A stretch of 63,007 nucleotides of DNA, counting the filler, from Lenisia limosa (taxonomy: Eukaryota; Protista; Breviatea), in NCBI GenBank assembly GCA_001655205.1. It is 8 parts of 8 records of this genome, joined end to end, with 100 filler letters (N's around TTAATTAATTAA, not from the genome) between each part and the next. Parts side by side here need not be neighbours in the genome. Positions count along the whole stretch, not along the records: positions 6,106 to 22,267 come from LPNZ01000673.1; positions 22,368 to 31,066 come from LPNZ01009930.1; 6 more parts are not named here. One strand, written 5' to 3'. The translations under genes and the position numbers were made by a program. Shown here in pieces: positions 11,884 through 27,330 of the stretch (positions within the stretch are counted from its first letter, which is position 1; each line of letters starts with the position of its first letter). Below the pieces are notes generated by a model, which was given only the letters and a program-made list of their open reading frames with translations, did no database searches and was not told the DNA's origin.

Positions 11884-13821
11884 TCAGGCGTTGATAGATG
11901 CATAGTGCGCGGGAATAGCAACCCACTTCATCCCAATGTCGGGCATTACCTAAAACGTTAGAGGGGTAGTACATAAGGCTCATCCGCTCACATATCCAGC
12001 AGTATTTTGAGAAGACGCAACAAAGCCAGTTGATGAAGAAGACTCAATAGCTGAATGTTAATAGATCCCCGGTTGCCTTACATATTTGCCAGCCGTTACC
12101 AGTTGCGATAGACATCGCGAAGATCAGTGGAGGAGCATCAAAGGATTCATCAAACGTCACAGAATACGTAATATGACCCTTGAAGGTCAAACGTTTTTTT
12201 GTAATCAAACAAGACCCCACAAACAACTGTTGACAAGTCAGCTGTTCCAGTTTGGGTCTTTTCAGGTAAGTAGTTCTCCGTAAAGCACACAACAGTCACC
12301 TCTCCACTAAGTGCGTCAATAGGATATTTCCCAAAACAATTATTTCCAAAGTGTACAAAAGTCACACTCACTGGTTAGGGTACCTCCAGGGGGTAAACGC
12401 GGTGGTTGTGGAATATTCCTTGAACCGAACCTAAATAAAGAATCAAAAGACTATCATCACTGTATCATATGATATGATCCATACCCACTCTAATTGATTC
12501 CGTTATGAAGTCATCAAAGACAGGCGAAATGAGGCATGTTGGTGCAACAGGTAAGGCCGTAATTGAGTAAGTATTAGCCCCTAGAAATATATAAAAAATA
12601 AAAGAATTAATTGAAATTAATTGAAAGGACTACCAATTAAAGAGTAAGAAGGTGATAAATATTTACAATTCCTACAACTTCAACATCATGGGGTGTATAT
12701 CATAGACATACACTCTTATCCCGTATTAATCACCCACCAGTGAGCGTTTTTGACCAGTTCTACAATAGTGAGAACGAAACAAGAATTACACCATACTCTC
12801 ATTGATGGGCAAAAGTTTGCATTGCTTTTTTCAGGCACCACCATGATGTCGTAGTGGCTGGCAATGTCAGTCTCCTCCATGTTTTTGAGGACAGTCATAA
12901 TGAAGAAGCCATTAGCTGTGATGTTCACTGGAACACTGAAGACTGGTGTTGGTGTGTACGCAGTCACGTAAACCTGTGACGGTTATAACCAACATAGCAT
13001 ATCAGACGTATATAATATATCGATCATATCCAGTATACTATATATACATATTATACAATATAGTATGAAAATAAAATTGTGCTTCAATCCAGAAAAAAAC
13101 TGCATCAGAGCCATTCAAGAAGTAAGGCCGCCAAACACCATTCAAACCTGTGGAACTTCAGTGTAGCCTGTCAATGGAACATAGGTTCGCGACCCCGTGG
13201 ACACCTACAAATGAACCACAGGTACTGTCTTATAATAGGTAGGTTATTCGAAGGACACGAAAAGATCTTACACCCTCTCTCAGCTTACCACAGAAAGAAA
13301 CTCTGGTACAGGGCACGAAGCACTTCTTACACTCTGGTGGAAAGAATCCCGTTGGGACTCTTTGAGTACAGACTGTAACGTTAAATAGAGTGCAACTATT
13401 GTGAACTCACCGTTCGATAGAGAGCAAATTGTTCTTCAATGTATTTCTGCGTTGTGATTTTTCGTCTGAAAAAAAGGAAAAAAAAACCGTAGTAGTAGCC
13501 TACCAGGTTGACAAGATCATCATTTTCCGAGGGAGCAATTCCAGACCTTGCAAGTGAAAAAAACCAATCATCACTCTGTCATCCGACACCCCTAACCATA
13601 ATTTTACCACTGCATACCTCAGCAATAAATTAGCTGTTATAGCCTGATCTGTCACATGAAATGTTTGGCTAAATCATGAGTTTCAGCCAGGAGGCGTATA
13701 ATACTCTAGGTTTGCGGATATATATTTTCACCAAGTTCCATATCGGATACTCTTCTTACCTTTTTACAAATAATATGTTGCAAAAAGCAATCAGAGAGAA
13801 CAGCGTGAAGAGAAGAGGCAT
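11884..13821 (-). CDS. Putative secreted protein with C-terminal H-type-lectin-like motif
   Basis: Signal-like MPLLFTLFSLIAFCNILFVK. Exons YTPTPVFSVPVNITANGFFIMTV, YSVTFDESFDAPPLIFAMSIA, SSSTGFVASS and MKWVAIP* follow the V.F...F..PP / tGF / WVAI pattern. Phases are not fully reconciled. Confidence 0.4.
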
Positions 13822-14094
13822 TGTGTTTTAATTTGTAATGTATATATTACGTTAAATTAGATTTTAAGATTTTGTGATATATATTCTATAAATACTAGTT
13901 AACTATGGACATTTCTTAATGCAGCTGTAACATCTGCACAATTTTTTTGTCTAAAAGAAAGAGATTACATAATCAGCATCACTTAAAAATGGGGTGACTA
14001 TCACTGACCGACACTTCCTTTTAAGTTTTTTTTTTTTTGACTCTGCCTTTNNNNNNNNNNNNNNNNNNNNNNNNNNNNNNNNNNNNNNNNNNNT

Positions 14095-15919
<1,825 letters not shown>

Positions 15920-16245
15920 GTTGCTTCCTCTAAGTGTGTTGATTGACTCCCTCCCTCCCTTGGGAATGGTTGAGCTTTTCTTTCATATTTAATACATTTT
16001 TTTGACTAATGTTGGGCTCTTATTTGAGAGGTGGAAAAGAGGAAAAGAGAGTGAAGAAGCCAAGCTCGATAAACCAATCGCAATGCGCAAACAAAAACCA
16101 AAACAAATATAAAGGGACAAAAAATATTCTAGAGTGGGAAGATAGCAGGTAGCAAAGAAAATAAGTTCCGTAGTTGGTTTTATTAGTTATTATTATTACA
16201 ATTTAAAGCAAAGAGATACCAAGAAGACTCTAAGATTATGTGAAA

Positions 16246-18656
16246 ATGGGGAAAAGTGAGAAAAAACGGCATTCTGACAAGAAGCGGTCTGATAAGGACT
16301 CAAAGAGGCGTAAAAGAGATGATTTGGCGGGGGCAGATGAAGCAAAGATCGATTTAGGTCTCCCTGATGACGAGGTTTGTGGCGCACTCTTCCTCTTTCT
16401 CCACATATTTGCTCTAATTAGTTTGAATATTCTATTTTTGGATCTTGTAACTAAAGTAGGAGTCTTTTGGTGCATGTACCGATGTCACTCTTTTCGAAAA
16501 AATCGGGAGAGTTGGGGAAGGCACATATGGTGTTGTTTGTATGTGGGGATTTTAATTTAAATTTTCATAAGAGTACACCACAGGGCTTCCCTTAACAACC
16601 AGACAAAGCAAGGAACTCCGAGACTGGTGAGATTGTAGCACTCAAGAGAATGCGTGCTTATCATGACAAGGATGGCTTTGCCGTCACATCACTGAGAGGT
16701 TGGTGCTGGTGGAACATAAATTTAGGATAGATTTTCAAAAAATTTTAGGTCTGTTTCATAATTTTGATCTATTGTAGAGATCAAGCTTCTGGAGCAACTC
16801 CGACATCCCAACATTGTATCGCTTCTTGAAGTGGCAGTCACAAAAAAACTTGACTCGTTTGTGGATTGTTATCTTCAATAGTCCTTCCATTGTTTTTGAA
16901 ACATGTCTAACTCTTTTAGAATCTTCCTGGTATTTGAGTTTTGTAACTGTGACATGGCTGCCCTCCTCGATAAAATGCGACACTCCTTCACAGAAGCAGA
17001 GGTATCCGGGGTGATATATACTTGGACGGTAGGGGTGGATTTCATGCTGTGCCATGATTTTATTTTCCTAAATAAGGTTTTATATTTATTGTGTTGTTTT
17101 GTTTTCACTTTCCCCAGATTAAATGTCTGCTCATTCAGCTTCTCAGTGCTGTTGACTACCTTCACCAAAATTCTGTAGTGCACAGGTGAGGAGAACTCTG
17201 ACTATTTGTAAAAGCTCAACATGTGATATATTATTCCCAACCATATGTCATCTGTTAGGGATATCAAACTGAGTAATCTTCTCTACACCAACGCTGGAGA
17301 AGTGAAACTTGCCGACTTTGGACTAGCCCGGATTTTTGATGAAGATAAAAAAATGACCCCGACTGTGAGTTCAACATGATCATGTGGTATTTTCTTAGCA
17401 CGGAGCTCTGTCAAGCATGGCATTACTTCCACTCTCCTCTATGTCGTTATTGCCTCAGGTTGTGACTCTGTGGTATCGTGCACCCGAATTGCTGCTAGGA
17501 TCCAAGCACTATGACTCAGCAATCGATCTTTGGTTTGAGGGTGCTGTGAAAGCAGTATATTTGCAATGGTAACGTGTTGTGATGAATATTGGCTGGATGG
17601 TGCAATAAGAAAAAGATAATTTCTACCTTTCTTTTTAAAATGTCCTGATGGTGATACATGCATGTTCCTCACCAAGATGTAGCAGTTATGTTGGCAAGTT
17701 ACACGACTCTAATATGTTGATCTTTGTGTTTCTGGAGAAATGTTCACTAAACAGGGCTGTCGGATGCATCTTCGGAGAGTTTCTCTTAAGAAAGCCACTT
17801 TTGCCATCCAACTCCCCTATTGAGCAGCTTGATGTATACGGGCGTCACGTTGTTTATGACTCTTCTTGTGTGGATTTGACGTTCCTTTTTTTTCCTCTGT
17901 TGTTTTACGTATTTAGAAAATATTCCAGCTGCTTGGAACACCAAATCCATCAATATGGCCCGGACTTGACCGATTGCCCTTATGGGCAAACACAACCTTT
18001 AAAATTCATAAGTACGTCTTGACGCAGTAGTGTCCTTTTTCTAAGCGGGTCAATTATTCCTTTTTTTTTCTTCACCGCCGTAGATACAATGATCTTCGAA
18101 ACAAGTTCCCATTCCTCAGCGACCGAGGGTTTGACCTCCTTAACTCTTTTTTGACATACGACCCAACCAAGCGAATTACCGCAGCGGAGGTGCGATTGGA
18201 AGAGTTTAACAATACTAAGATGACGTTTTAACCGTTGATTTCTCACTTGAACTTGTCAAATCCATATCATATCTTTTAGACAAACAGCTATCCTTTCAGG
18301 TGTTTTCTCTGAATATGTGAACTAAACTTGTGCTTAAAGCTCATAGCATTTCTTTTGTATTATCCTTCACATTTCAATTGATGGGTTTGGGCTTTTGACT
18401 TCATATTGATGGTCATTCAGGCTCTACAACACCCATACTTGACGATGGAGAAGCCCTTGCCGAAACCTAAGCATTTAATGCCTTCTTTCCAGGACACGTT
18501 CCATAACTCTAAAGTGGTACGCTGGGGTGCATATGGAGTCCGCGTTGGTCTTTTCTTTCTCGCTTCCATTCATGGCAAGTTTTACTGACCTGCTTAGTCC
18601 CCCAAGCGACGACTAAACTTCGACTAAAATCGCGTGCTCCTGAAATTCAAGAATGA
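16246..18656 (+). CDS. CDK10: Cyclin-dependent kinase 10 (CDK10/11 family)
   Basis: Spliced: [98 protein letters not shown]. The SLRE motif and MTP.VVTLWY match CDK10. Confidence 0.9.
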
Positions 18657-18849
18657 GCATACTTGTTTTTTTCCTAAGGTCTGATTGTGGTAATTACATT
18701 GTGACTTGTATTTCTGAATAGAAGTGTCTTTGAGAAATGGGAGTCGTCATTTATCTGAGGAAGACAGGTATCATATACTATATGATCTAGGTTATATCAT
18801 ATACAATATTATATTAATATTATACAGTAACCATACTGCAAAGAAGTAC

Positions 18850-21018
18850 CTAGAGTTCAGAAAGAAGATCATGGTCGTCAGGGTGATAGTACTCGGCAAG
18901 AAGTCGATAAACGTAAGAAGGCGCGTGGGAACGGCTGAAATGGTCAAAAATGGCTAGATTGAGTCAACAGAAGAGCATTTGTAGCCTCAGACTCATTTGT
19001 GATATAGAGCTCCACACGTTCAGGCGGTACGAGGTCGAATCGTGGTGACAACACCTGAATGTCGGAACCAAGACGTTCAGCTGGAATATCAGGGCTGTTA
19101 CCGGAAAAATTATTTTAAAAATCCTCATGTCAAGTTTTCAGTGGGAGGAACAATTCGTTCCGGGTCTTTTACAGAAAGCAGGACCCCTTACCTTGAGCAA
19201 GAGGAAGGCTGGGGGAGGGGTCACAGGAAATGTTGTACGAGGCAGCGGGGGAAGGGAAGATGGGGGTCAATTTGAAAAGGGGGGTTGTCTAAAACCATCA
19301 GTCAGAGATGAGCAATAAAACAAGGTGGTATCTGGCCGAAGCCGTACACACCATCACGCTTATAAGATGGACTTATAAACGTGTAAAAAAAAATAAATAT
19401 AGAACAACGACATCATACCACAACAAGTGGCACAGCGTGGGCCTTGGCAACAACTGCCACAGTATCAGCTCCGGCATGACACAAAACGGCTCCGTTTGCC
19501 AGGACCGCCTGCGCCCCCAGCACAAGCTTATTCACTCGGGTCATAAGAGCTAAAATGTAAAACGAAACGATGGGATAAGCAGGTGCAAACCTGAGCAAGC
19601 TGAAGACGGAACAACAGTCACTTCAATGCCGGCAGCGGCAAGGCTTCTGGCCATTATCGCCGTTTCAATCACGTGACCAGCCTCAACAAGGAAGAGCTGG
19701 AATGATTGCTTCTTGCGTGCGCTTTTAAGGAACTGTTCAACTGTCGCAGAGACACCGTAGGTCATAATCACCTCCCTATATGTGTGAATAATGAAAAGCC
19801 CTATGAAGAATAAAGTATGATAATATAAACGTACCTGCGCAGTAATATTATTGCTTTAACCTAGCCAATGATTTATATTATTATTATTTCAATATTGAAA
19901 AGGAAATTCCTTGTCAGCTACTTGGAAAGAGGAATTATGCATTCATGATTAGGTAGAAAATGCCACGGTATTCGGCTCTGATACTTAGGAAGAGAGAAGT
20001 GCTGCATAATTTCTTTAATTCCAACCATGCTCTCCAAAAACGGAGACACCCTTATTCCCACTTGTTATGAATGTGGTCAACAGCCAGCTTGGAGATCATA
20101 CTGTCAGCAGACCGAACTTCCTCTTCAAACTCGTCAAGTGCCTATATTGTAAACCTCTACGTCCTCGAGAGTTCTCTTAGTTTTAGGGTTATTGTGCACC
20201 CTACCGACCTGTAAAACACCATCCTTCATTTGATTCACGGGTGCACCAGTAACCAAAAGAGAGGGCAGTACTTCGAGAAGGCTGAAGTGTGAGGTTAATA
20301 CCGAGTAAGACAATTAATGAAGTACAAGTACAAGTATTAATAATGTAGTCAAGATATCATTGATTGCTACATTCTCTCAAGTTTCAAGGCAACTTACTTT
20401 GAAAGGGAAGGTTGCGCAGAAAAGGTGGCTCCAGGTGAAAGAGGAGCAACATGATGGTCAACGTTAGCTGTGCCCTGTAGGGATTAACACAAGTTCCAGG
20501 AGAAACGACAGCAAAAGAATGAAGATTACCTCGCCGCTGTTGGTTTCGTCGCGAATCACAAAAAGAACCCTTCTGAAGATGTTTCCAACAACAAGTTCTG
20601 TCGGCACAGACTTTTGGAGTCTCACACCAAGCTCCCTTAGCATGCGCATCATTCCTTTTACTGTGGTGTAGCTGGGAACGTCAAATAATTGGCTCTCTTG
20701 AATATTGCCGAGGTAGTCCTAATAAAACTACAAACATACCGAGCACCACTAATCAGCTTTTTGATGATGTCCAAAGTCAACAGGGCAATTGTAACTGACC
20801 CACATATTTGACTAAATAGTCAACTAACTGTGACAGATCTGGAAAGAGGGATGAAGGGTGTTCAAACAATCATCTTATTAAACAAAGTTGTAACTAAAAA
20901 AGCGCATAGAACTACAGAAAGCAATGACAACGACCTACCCTCTTCTTAAGCGAGTCTCTAACTCAGCAATTTGGTGGGTGAGCTCATCATTTAATGAGTA
21001 CAATTCATTGGGTGACAT
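18850..21018 (-). CDS. EIF2B2: Translation initiation factor eIF2B subunit beta
   Basis: LRELGVRLQKSVPTELVVGNIFRRVLFVIRDE, MTRVNKLVLGAQAVLANGAV, SPRFDLVPPERVELYITN, HAPSYVYRLLAEYYHPDD. These are beta-subunit signatures. Confidence 0.92.
19308..19375 (-). repeat. Repeat family B, partial copy in an eIF2B-beta intron
   Basis: AAGGTGGTATCTGGCCGAAGCCGTACACACCATCACGCTTATAAG. Confidence 0.75.
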
Positions 21019-21293
21019 AATACCCGTTGTATGGAAGGAAACTACCCTTAAACAGCTTGTGAGCAGATGAAATTCTACCTTGTGGTTACTATTCTGCCTT
21101 TATGCTAACAATATATGTATAGATCAAGAATCTAAATTAACTTATCGTAAAATGGGGTTTCCAGGCGCACTGGCGCACTCCACAGAGCAAAAGAAAGAGA
21201 TATAAACCCCCCTTTATTCTTTTAGTGAAACTTTTCATTTTGAAAAGGTCTTTTTTGGGGCCTTCTCTGTTGTTTGTAGTAGACTTCGGCATC

Positions 21294-22267
21294 ATGAAGG
21301 GAAAGTTGGTTTTCGAAAAAAAAATAGTTCAGCATTGACAAATTTAGAGCGCCAAGGCAGCAAGCAAACGCTGCATTAGAAAAATTAGCAGGTTTGTTAC
21401 AATCTAAAGATGACTGGGACTTGTGTACATTGCTCAACTGACTTTCTCTTAGATAAGAACTGGCTTTCCGGCGATGATGTTACCTTTGGTAAGGATTCAC
21501 GCTCGTTAAAATGGTTTATCACTGACCCTTTAGACCCAAAGCTTGTTGAGCAGATTTACAGAGACTACTTAATCACCAATTCTGAATCAGATGCGAATAT
21601 TCTTGAGATTAAGCAGTATTTGGAAAGGTATGGATTGGAGGCGCTTTGCTCTTTTGACTGGATGAGTTCCCAATCCCTCCACCCTCATTCCTTCCCCACC
21701 GTTACATCCTGTTAGGTATCTGTGGGAGTTCTACAACCCCGCCACTGCATCAACCAACCATCTTATGTCGATCATCCTCATGACTCTTGTCAAGTCGTCT
21801 CAGCAAGTTGAGATTGATCCTTGGAGTTTGAGGGCTGCATCTATTGAAATACTCAATATTTTGCTATTAATTATCTTTGGTTGTTTTATTTAAAGAGAAG
21901 TACTTGTTTTGGGACCTGACGGCTTGAATAAAGTCCATTGGTATTCCTAACAGGTCAGGCTGTTTCAATGAAAAGCCTGAGCACTTTAAGGCCATGTTCA
22001 ACAGTGTCTGCTGCCTGATTCACAACAAAGCTTACAAGAATGTTGGTTTGGGCCTCTAATGTTCGAGTTGTTCTTGATTTCCATGGGTGCGCTCACCCCC
22101 ATGTAGCTCTCTACTGCACAGTTCCTCGCAATTATTCGTTTCCTTTCCCTCTGCTTCACATCGCTCAACGTACCCCTTGTCAGACGTGCGGCTCTCCCGT
22201 ATGAGGGCTTATGAGAGGGTTACGTAACTTGAACCAATTGACCCTACACAAGCGACCGGCCTGGGTT
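21294..22267 (+). CDS. AQR: Intron-binding spliceosomal helicase Aquarius, N-terminal part (truncated by contig end)
   Basis: Spliced: LEKLADKNW..FDPKLVEQIYRDYL..ILEIKQYLERYLWEFYNPATASTNHLMSIILM..PW..FNEKPEHFKAMFNSV..IIRFLSLCFTSLNVPLVR. Matches the remembered Aquarius N-terminal pattern (SQYLENYLW, CFNSLEVDLIR). Start approximate. Confidence 0.85.
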
Positions 22268-22507
22268 NNNNNNNNNNNNNNNNNNNNNNNNNNNNNNNNN
22301 NNNNNNNNNNNTTAATTAATTAANNNNNNNNNNNNNNNNNNNNNNNNNNNNNNNNNNNNNNNNNNNNGAGTGGGAATAGAGGAAATTACATTAAGCAAAA
22401 AAAACATGGAGGTGGGGTAAAACATGGAAAATTTATGTGAAAAAAAAGTGATCAATGGAGGAGGGGGGGGGGTGGGAGCAATGCACAGAAGACAGTTCCC
22501 CTCATAC

Positions 22508-23569
22508 TTTCGAGCGCGTTTTGCTGGATTTTAACTCCATCATTTTCATGGGGGATGGGTGCGAGGCCTAGTAGCTTTCTTCTTTCTTCAGCCGCGACTC
22601 GAAGTTGGTGAATACGGAACTCGGATTCGGCCTGATACGGTGATTTGGGGTAAAACTGAATAGCTATAAAAACACTATTAATCAGTGTTTTAATGATACA
22701 GCTAAAGCTACATTAATAATTAAACTTAAGAGAAGCAACATTTATATTGCTAGAATAATGTATAAATAAAGGCATGGCTATGGTATTGACATGAACAACG
22801 TAATATTAACTGTTCAGTCGTGTAAATGTCAAAAACATGTCATGTATGCCATATGTACATATAATATACAGCTCATTAACCGACTACAATAAGTCATGCA
22901 CAGGATACTACGCTTTATCTTTAGTCATTCGTGTCAGGACTTATCCCGGACAGTGTATAACCTAGGGGTAAGTCCTGACACGGATACTACGCTTTATCTT
23001 AAATAATTCGTGTCAGGACTTAACTAAAAGTGAAGCTCGAATTATTAATGGGCTAAACTAGGGTCCTTTTATCAGTCAAACAACTCAGAACTACCAACCA
23101 CAGTCACATAATAAGTTTTGGCATGCCATGTCACCATAAAAAGTACTTAAAATATATCATTTGTAGAAATGAGAAATAAAATTAGGTGAAACACATACAT
23201 AGTACATGATATATAAGATATTGCATCACCACCTTTAACCATTACATATAGAAAATGATGTTCATTCAATTCATAGTTCCTTTCAACATTTTGTATTACA
23301 AACAATCTTTTCTCTCATCATGTTCTAACAACAAATAGCGCCCCAAATTAATAATATATCACAAACAGCCAAAATGATGAAGAATATCCCACAACCAACA
23401 AACCTGAACACCATTAAAACATGATCTGGCAAACCTGTTCAACTCTGCGAAGCTTCTCTTCCTTCTCTTTCAGGTCCTTTTCCTCATCCTCGATGACCTT
23501 CTTCTTGTTGTCGCGTCCGAACGGATTCCATGTTTTGTGGACAGTGATCACAAGTCCTCCTCCAGCCAT
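22508..23569 (-). CDS. Cir_N-domain (LENG1-like) protein, first two exons
   Basis: MAGGGLVITVHKTWNPFGRDNKKKVIEDEEKDLKEKEEKLRRVEQ|AESEFRIHQLRVAAEERRKLLG resembles the CWC25/CIR1/LENG1 N-terminal motif. Truncated at a linker. Confidence 0.65.
22903..23022. repeat. Intronic direct repeat plus hairpin
   Basis: GGATACTACGCTTTATCTT..ATTCGTGTCAGGACTTA occurs twice. CGTGTCAGGACTTATCC pairs with GGGTAAGTCCTGACACG. Confidence 0.75.
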
Positions 23570-24029
23570 TGCGAGGTTTCTCGACTGACTAGACCCTTCT
23601 TCTTTTTTCCTTTCCTTCTATAGTTTACGTGTTCTTCTTACAGAGAGTTCTTATCTCTCACTCTCTCACTTATCTCTCACTTATCTCTTACTCTGCACCC
23701 AATCTCCAAACTCTGTTCCTCTTCTTCCTCTCAACCCACAAAATCAAAATCAAAATAGCTACATGGGATGAATGGCGGCCCGAGTAGGACGACTCCCGAA
23801 CATAACCCCGGCGGCGGGCCTGAACCGAATTGAACAACTGTGCTGAGCACCTTCTGCATTTGGTAATTATTACCTTTTCATCTTTCTTGACCTTTTACCT
23901 TTATTCTCCTAATACATAATAATTTTATTAGTTTCATATATCTGCACACTTACTATTTCCTATTTTCGGCCTCATCCATTACTCATACCTTGAGACAGTG
24001 ACACCGATGCCAACACACCCATCCCTACC

Positions 24030-27000
24030 ATGGCTAGTGGAGATGACACCAACAGCAGCCCCACATTCACCAAGGAAGAACATCATGGAGCTTTATTCGC
24101 TCAAATTGGTGACTACAGGGTACTCAAACCCGAAGGTATGATAATCCCGGAGAGATATATCAATGACGGCAAAGTCACTAATAATCTGTTTGCTTGCTCT
24201 ACTCTCCAAAATCCTAAACGAAAGTTGATCCCATTACAAATCTCACGTGGCCCCGTGGTCTCTTTGATCTGTCCTCTTCCTCTTTCCTAGTTGAGCTTTC
24301 ATCCTCGTCGAGGTTACCAAAAGTTTAGAACGCGACATAATTCTGCGAGAGAATATAGCCCAACAACAATCATGAAGGAGACAGGATAGTGAAAGTTTTC
24401 ATGGTCATCAAGCCCGCATACCTACCGTTTACAATGGGGTTTTGACAATCTGTGGGAAAGGTGTTAATAGAAGTGAATGAATGTCTTTGCAAACAAAAGA
24501 GCCAGACTTACCTCCAGAGTAATAAAGCTGACTTTCGTCTATCTTTAATTGTAAATCATTTTGTTTGTGACCTAATGCTGCTTCTATTATTATTAACAGT
24601 CATTCACATTCTCAGATGGTCTTAGGATACTTTTTTTAATAATGACTGCCTTGGCTTTAGTTGATACTCACCCTGTTTAGTTGGTATCAGATTGAACTTT
24701 TTCGAAGAAGCCACCTATTACTTTTCGATTCTTCCCGCTGCTGAAACGAAGGCGGTAGATTTTGAGGCCTTGAGCCCAAGAAGCACTCAGGCTTTTGAGG
24801 GTCTTGCCGTGGGCTTTGTGAAGTTCTTTTTGTAATGGAATGGATACGTGGACAAGAACAAGATAGTGCTTGGCGCACAGATTGATTGGGCCTTCACAAT
24901 ACAGGTCTTGTCCTGCTCCCCAAGCCCACATTCCATTCATGAAACCGTCCGCCTTTGAACAAGTGTACTATGATGGAAAACGTAGCCGTGGTTTAAGAGC
25001 CTTTCTTGCCCCTGTGTCCATCTTGCCTGTCCTTTTCGCATACTATCTAGAAAATATGATGTTTTTCTGCATCTCCTTCTTTTTTTAAATGTCAAATAGT
25101 CACAAATTTGACTTAATTGTCATGCTTTTGTCCTTGATGGATCACATACTTGAGTTGGAGTGGTCTTTTATCATGAGGAACGGGCGTACACTTTAAAAGT
25201 ATCACATTTTGGATCGTTCACCGATGTTAACTATCAACTATCATTTTTACGCAGTGATATGATACATCATATTCACTTGTATGGTAATTGTTGGACAAGT
25301 CACAATGATACTCTGATACATTCGGGCATTTCAACTTGAAAGTCGGTGGATATGGGTCACCATAAATCCTCCTATTATTCTATGTACCGATGACCAGCGT
25401 CATTAGTGAACTTGCTGTAGAACACATTTATGTTGTCCTTCTTTGTTACGCCTCCACAGGCGCAGCTATAAGAAAATGAGTGACCGCCTGACTAAATGCT
25501 GGTAACTTGGTGGGAGTTTTGAGATTACTCTGCCAGCAGAAGTACAATGGGACCACTATCTCTTATGATTATCCCTTTAGGCGAGTTTTTAGCAACAATC
25601 AACCTCCAAGTATCTGTCTTGCTACAATGACTGTTGGTTTTCTATTTCTGACCACTTTTCAACTAAGCGTAACCACTCACCTTCTCCACAATAGAACGCA
25701 TGGGCTGAGTCAGGTCCAACAGAAATTTACTCTCCACATTCTATTCGCCTTTCCACGGTATGCCTGTATAACATGCCAGACTTAACTTGACATGTCAGGA
25801 CTTCATGTCTCGGTGCACCGCACTCAGCAGTAACCAGTGGGCTTCAGGGCAGGTTACCCATTAGCACACTATGCCCTCCCCTTCTTTGACAACGCCCTTC
25901 TAGGAGTGTATATGCTGGTTAATACAATCGTACACGAGATGACCCATTACTATGTTCGCGAGATCCCAAGATTCCTCAAGAGTCTCCTTCAACACAAGGG
26001 AAATACAGCCAAACCAATCCGACCTTCATCCAAGCGGCACCGCCCTGATTCAGATATCCCCAAAACTATTATTACAATTTCCAGAGCAATCCTCCAGACT
26101 TTCGGTATGATGATAGCGTACCCTGTGGTTGGGACTGGTGGTACCCATATCACCACTTTAACCACCCGTAGAAGACCTCAAGACGAAAATTGTGAGCCAT
26201 ATCGAAGAACACTTCAGCCAGCCTGAATACTCGCTGTGCACCTACCCAGGCTGGGCCAAAAAACAAAGCACTCTACATGGACCATCACCCATCAAGCTTG
26301 TGAGTGATCTAACAAACCCACATAGTACTGGTTCTCATATATATAGCGCATGGGACATTTGAATCCTCCGCATTCTGGTTGGTGGTTTTGATTACTTGCT
26401 CCACCTTCCTCCACTCCAATATTCGTGTCAAATTTAATGTGAAACTACACGCCCTGTGACCCTGATTCAAGGCTACGCTTTTCAAGTTGTTGCGTTTGGA
26501 TATGCGGTGCTGTTCGCTGAAGAGTTTGAGGACTGTCTGGTTTCCTTGGTAGTCATATACAGTGTACCTATATGTGCTTAATATGCAAAAGCGACTTCTC
26601 AATGCAAGTAGAATATGATGGCAATATCCTATTTCCTCCTGTTGTGGCCAGAAAGTAGAGATTCGTTGGCATTTCTATTCTTCAATCAGCTTTTTGTCTC
26701 AAGTATTTAGTGATCAAGTGGAAGTCTTCTCTCCTTTCATTGCAAGAACAAAAATTGCTTCTGTTCAGGCACAGGTCTTCTTCCTCCACCGTATGATGGG
26801 TTAGGGTTTGTTGGAAGAGTAGTTCCATGGTGTGAAGAAGAGTTTCAATCGACTGTGTAACAATACACAATTAACCAAAATAAGCAGGAACAGACTTGAA
26901 ATAGGCTTTTACCAAGGGGTGAAATTCATTTTGTAATCTTGTCCCCCAATTGCCGATCAGATTACGCATGGTTTTAGTAGTAAGTCCACATTTAATACTG

Positions 27001-27330
27001 GTAATTAACTAATAAATTACCCATACGTCACTCAATCATTGGTGTTGTTGTTGTTGATTTGACCTCCACTACAGACCTGCCCGCTGCCAAGGACGACTTC
27101 CAGGTGAGCTATTAGCAAGCCAGACCTAATTCACTATCCCCTGACTCTCCTTCTAGGCACGACTAACAGCGTTTGTCGACTTAATTGCTGGCTATGGAGA
27201 CTATACGGCCTTGGATGAAAATCAGGTGGGCGTTCGAATTGTGACACATTTGTCACCAAATCTCACACAATACTTGAGTCAATTAGTACATCTGTTTTAC
27301 AGGATTTCCCAAACATTGTGACCCCGTAGA
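24030..27330 (+). CDS. One or two multi-exon genes of unknown function
   Basis: GT-AG bounded segments MASGDDT..RVLKPE, LNFFEEATYYFSILPAAETK..VKFFL|SCPAPQAHIPFMKPSAFEQ, DLKTKIVSHIEEHFSQPEY, PVTLIQGYAFQVVAFGY and ARLTAFVDLIAGYGDY. Model not fully phased. Confidence 0.5.

Noticed and set aside
24833-24835. In-frame TAA inside a coding-looking plus frame (possible stop reassignment)
   Set aside because: It falls within a 72-nt GT-AG intron (TT|GTAATG..TACAG) whose removal restores the frame. The known genes show no internal stops.
25837-26226. HEMTH (HExxH) metalloprotease motif in a plus ORF
   Set aside because: The ORF spans apparent splice signals and neighbouring exons read better in other frames. 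A lone 5-residue motif is not enough evidence.
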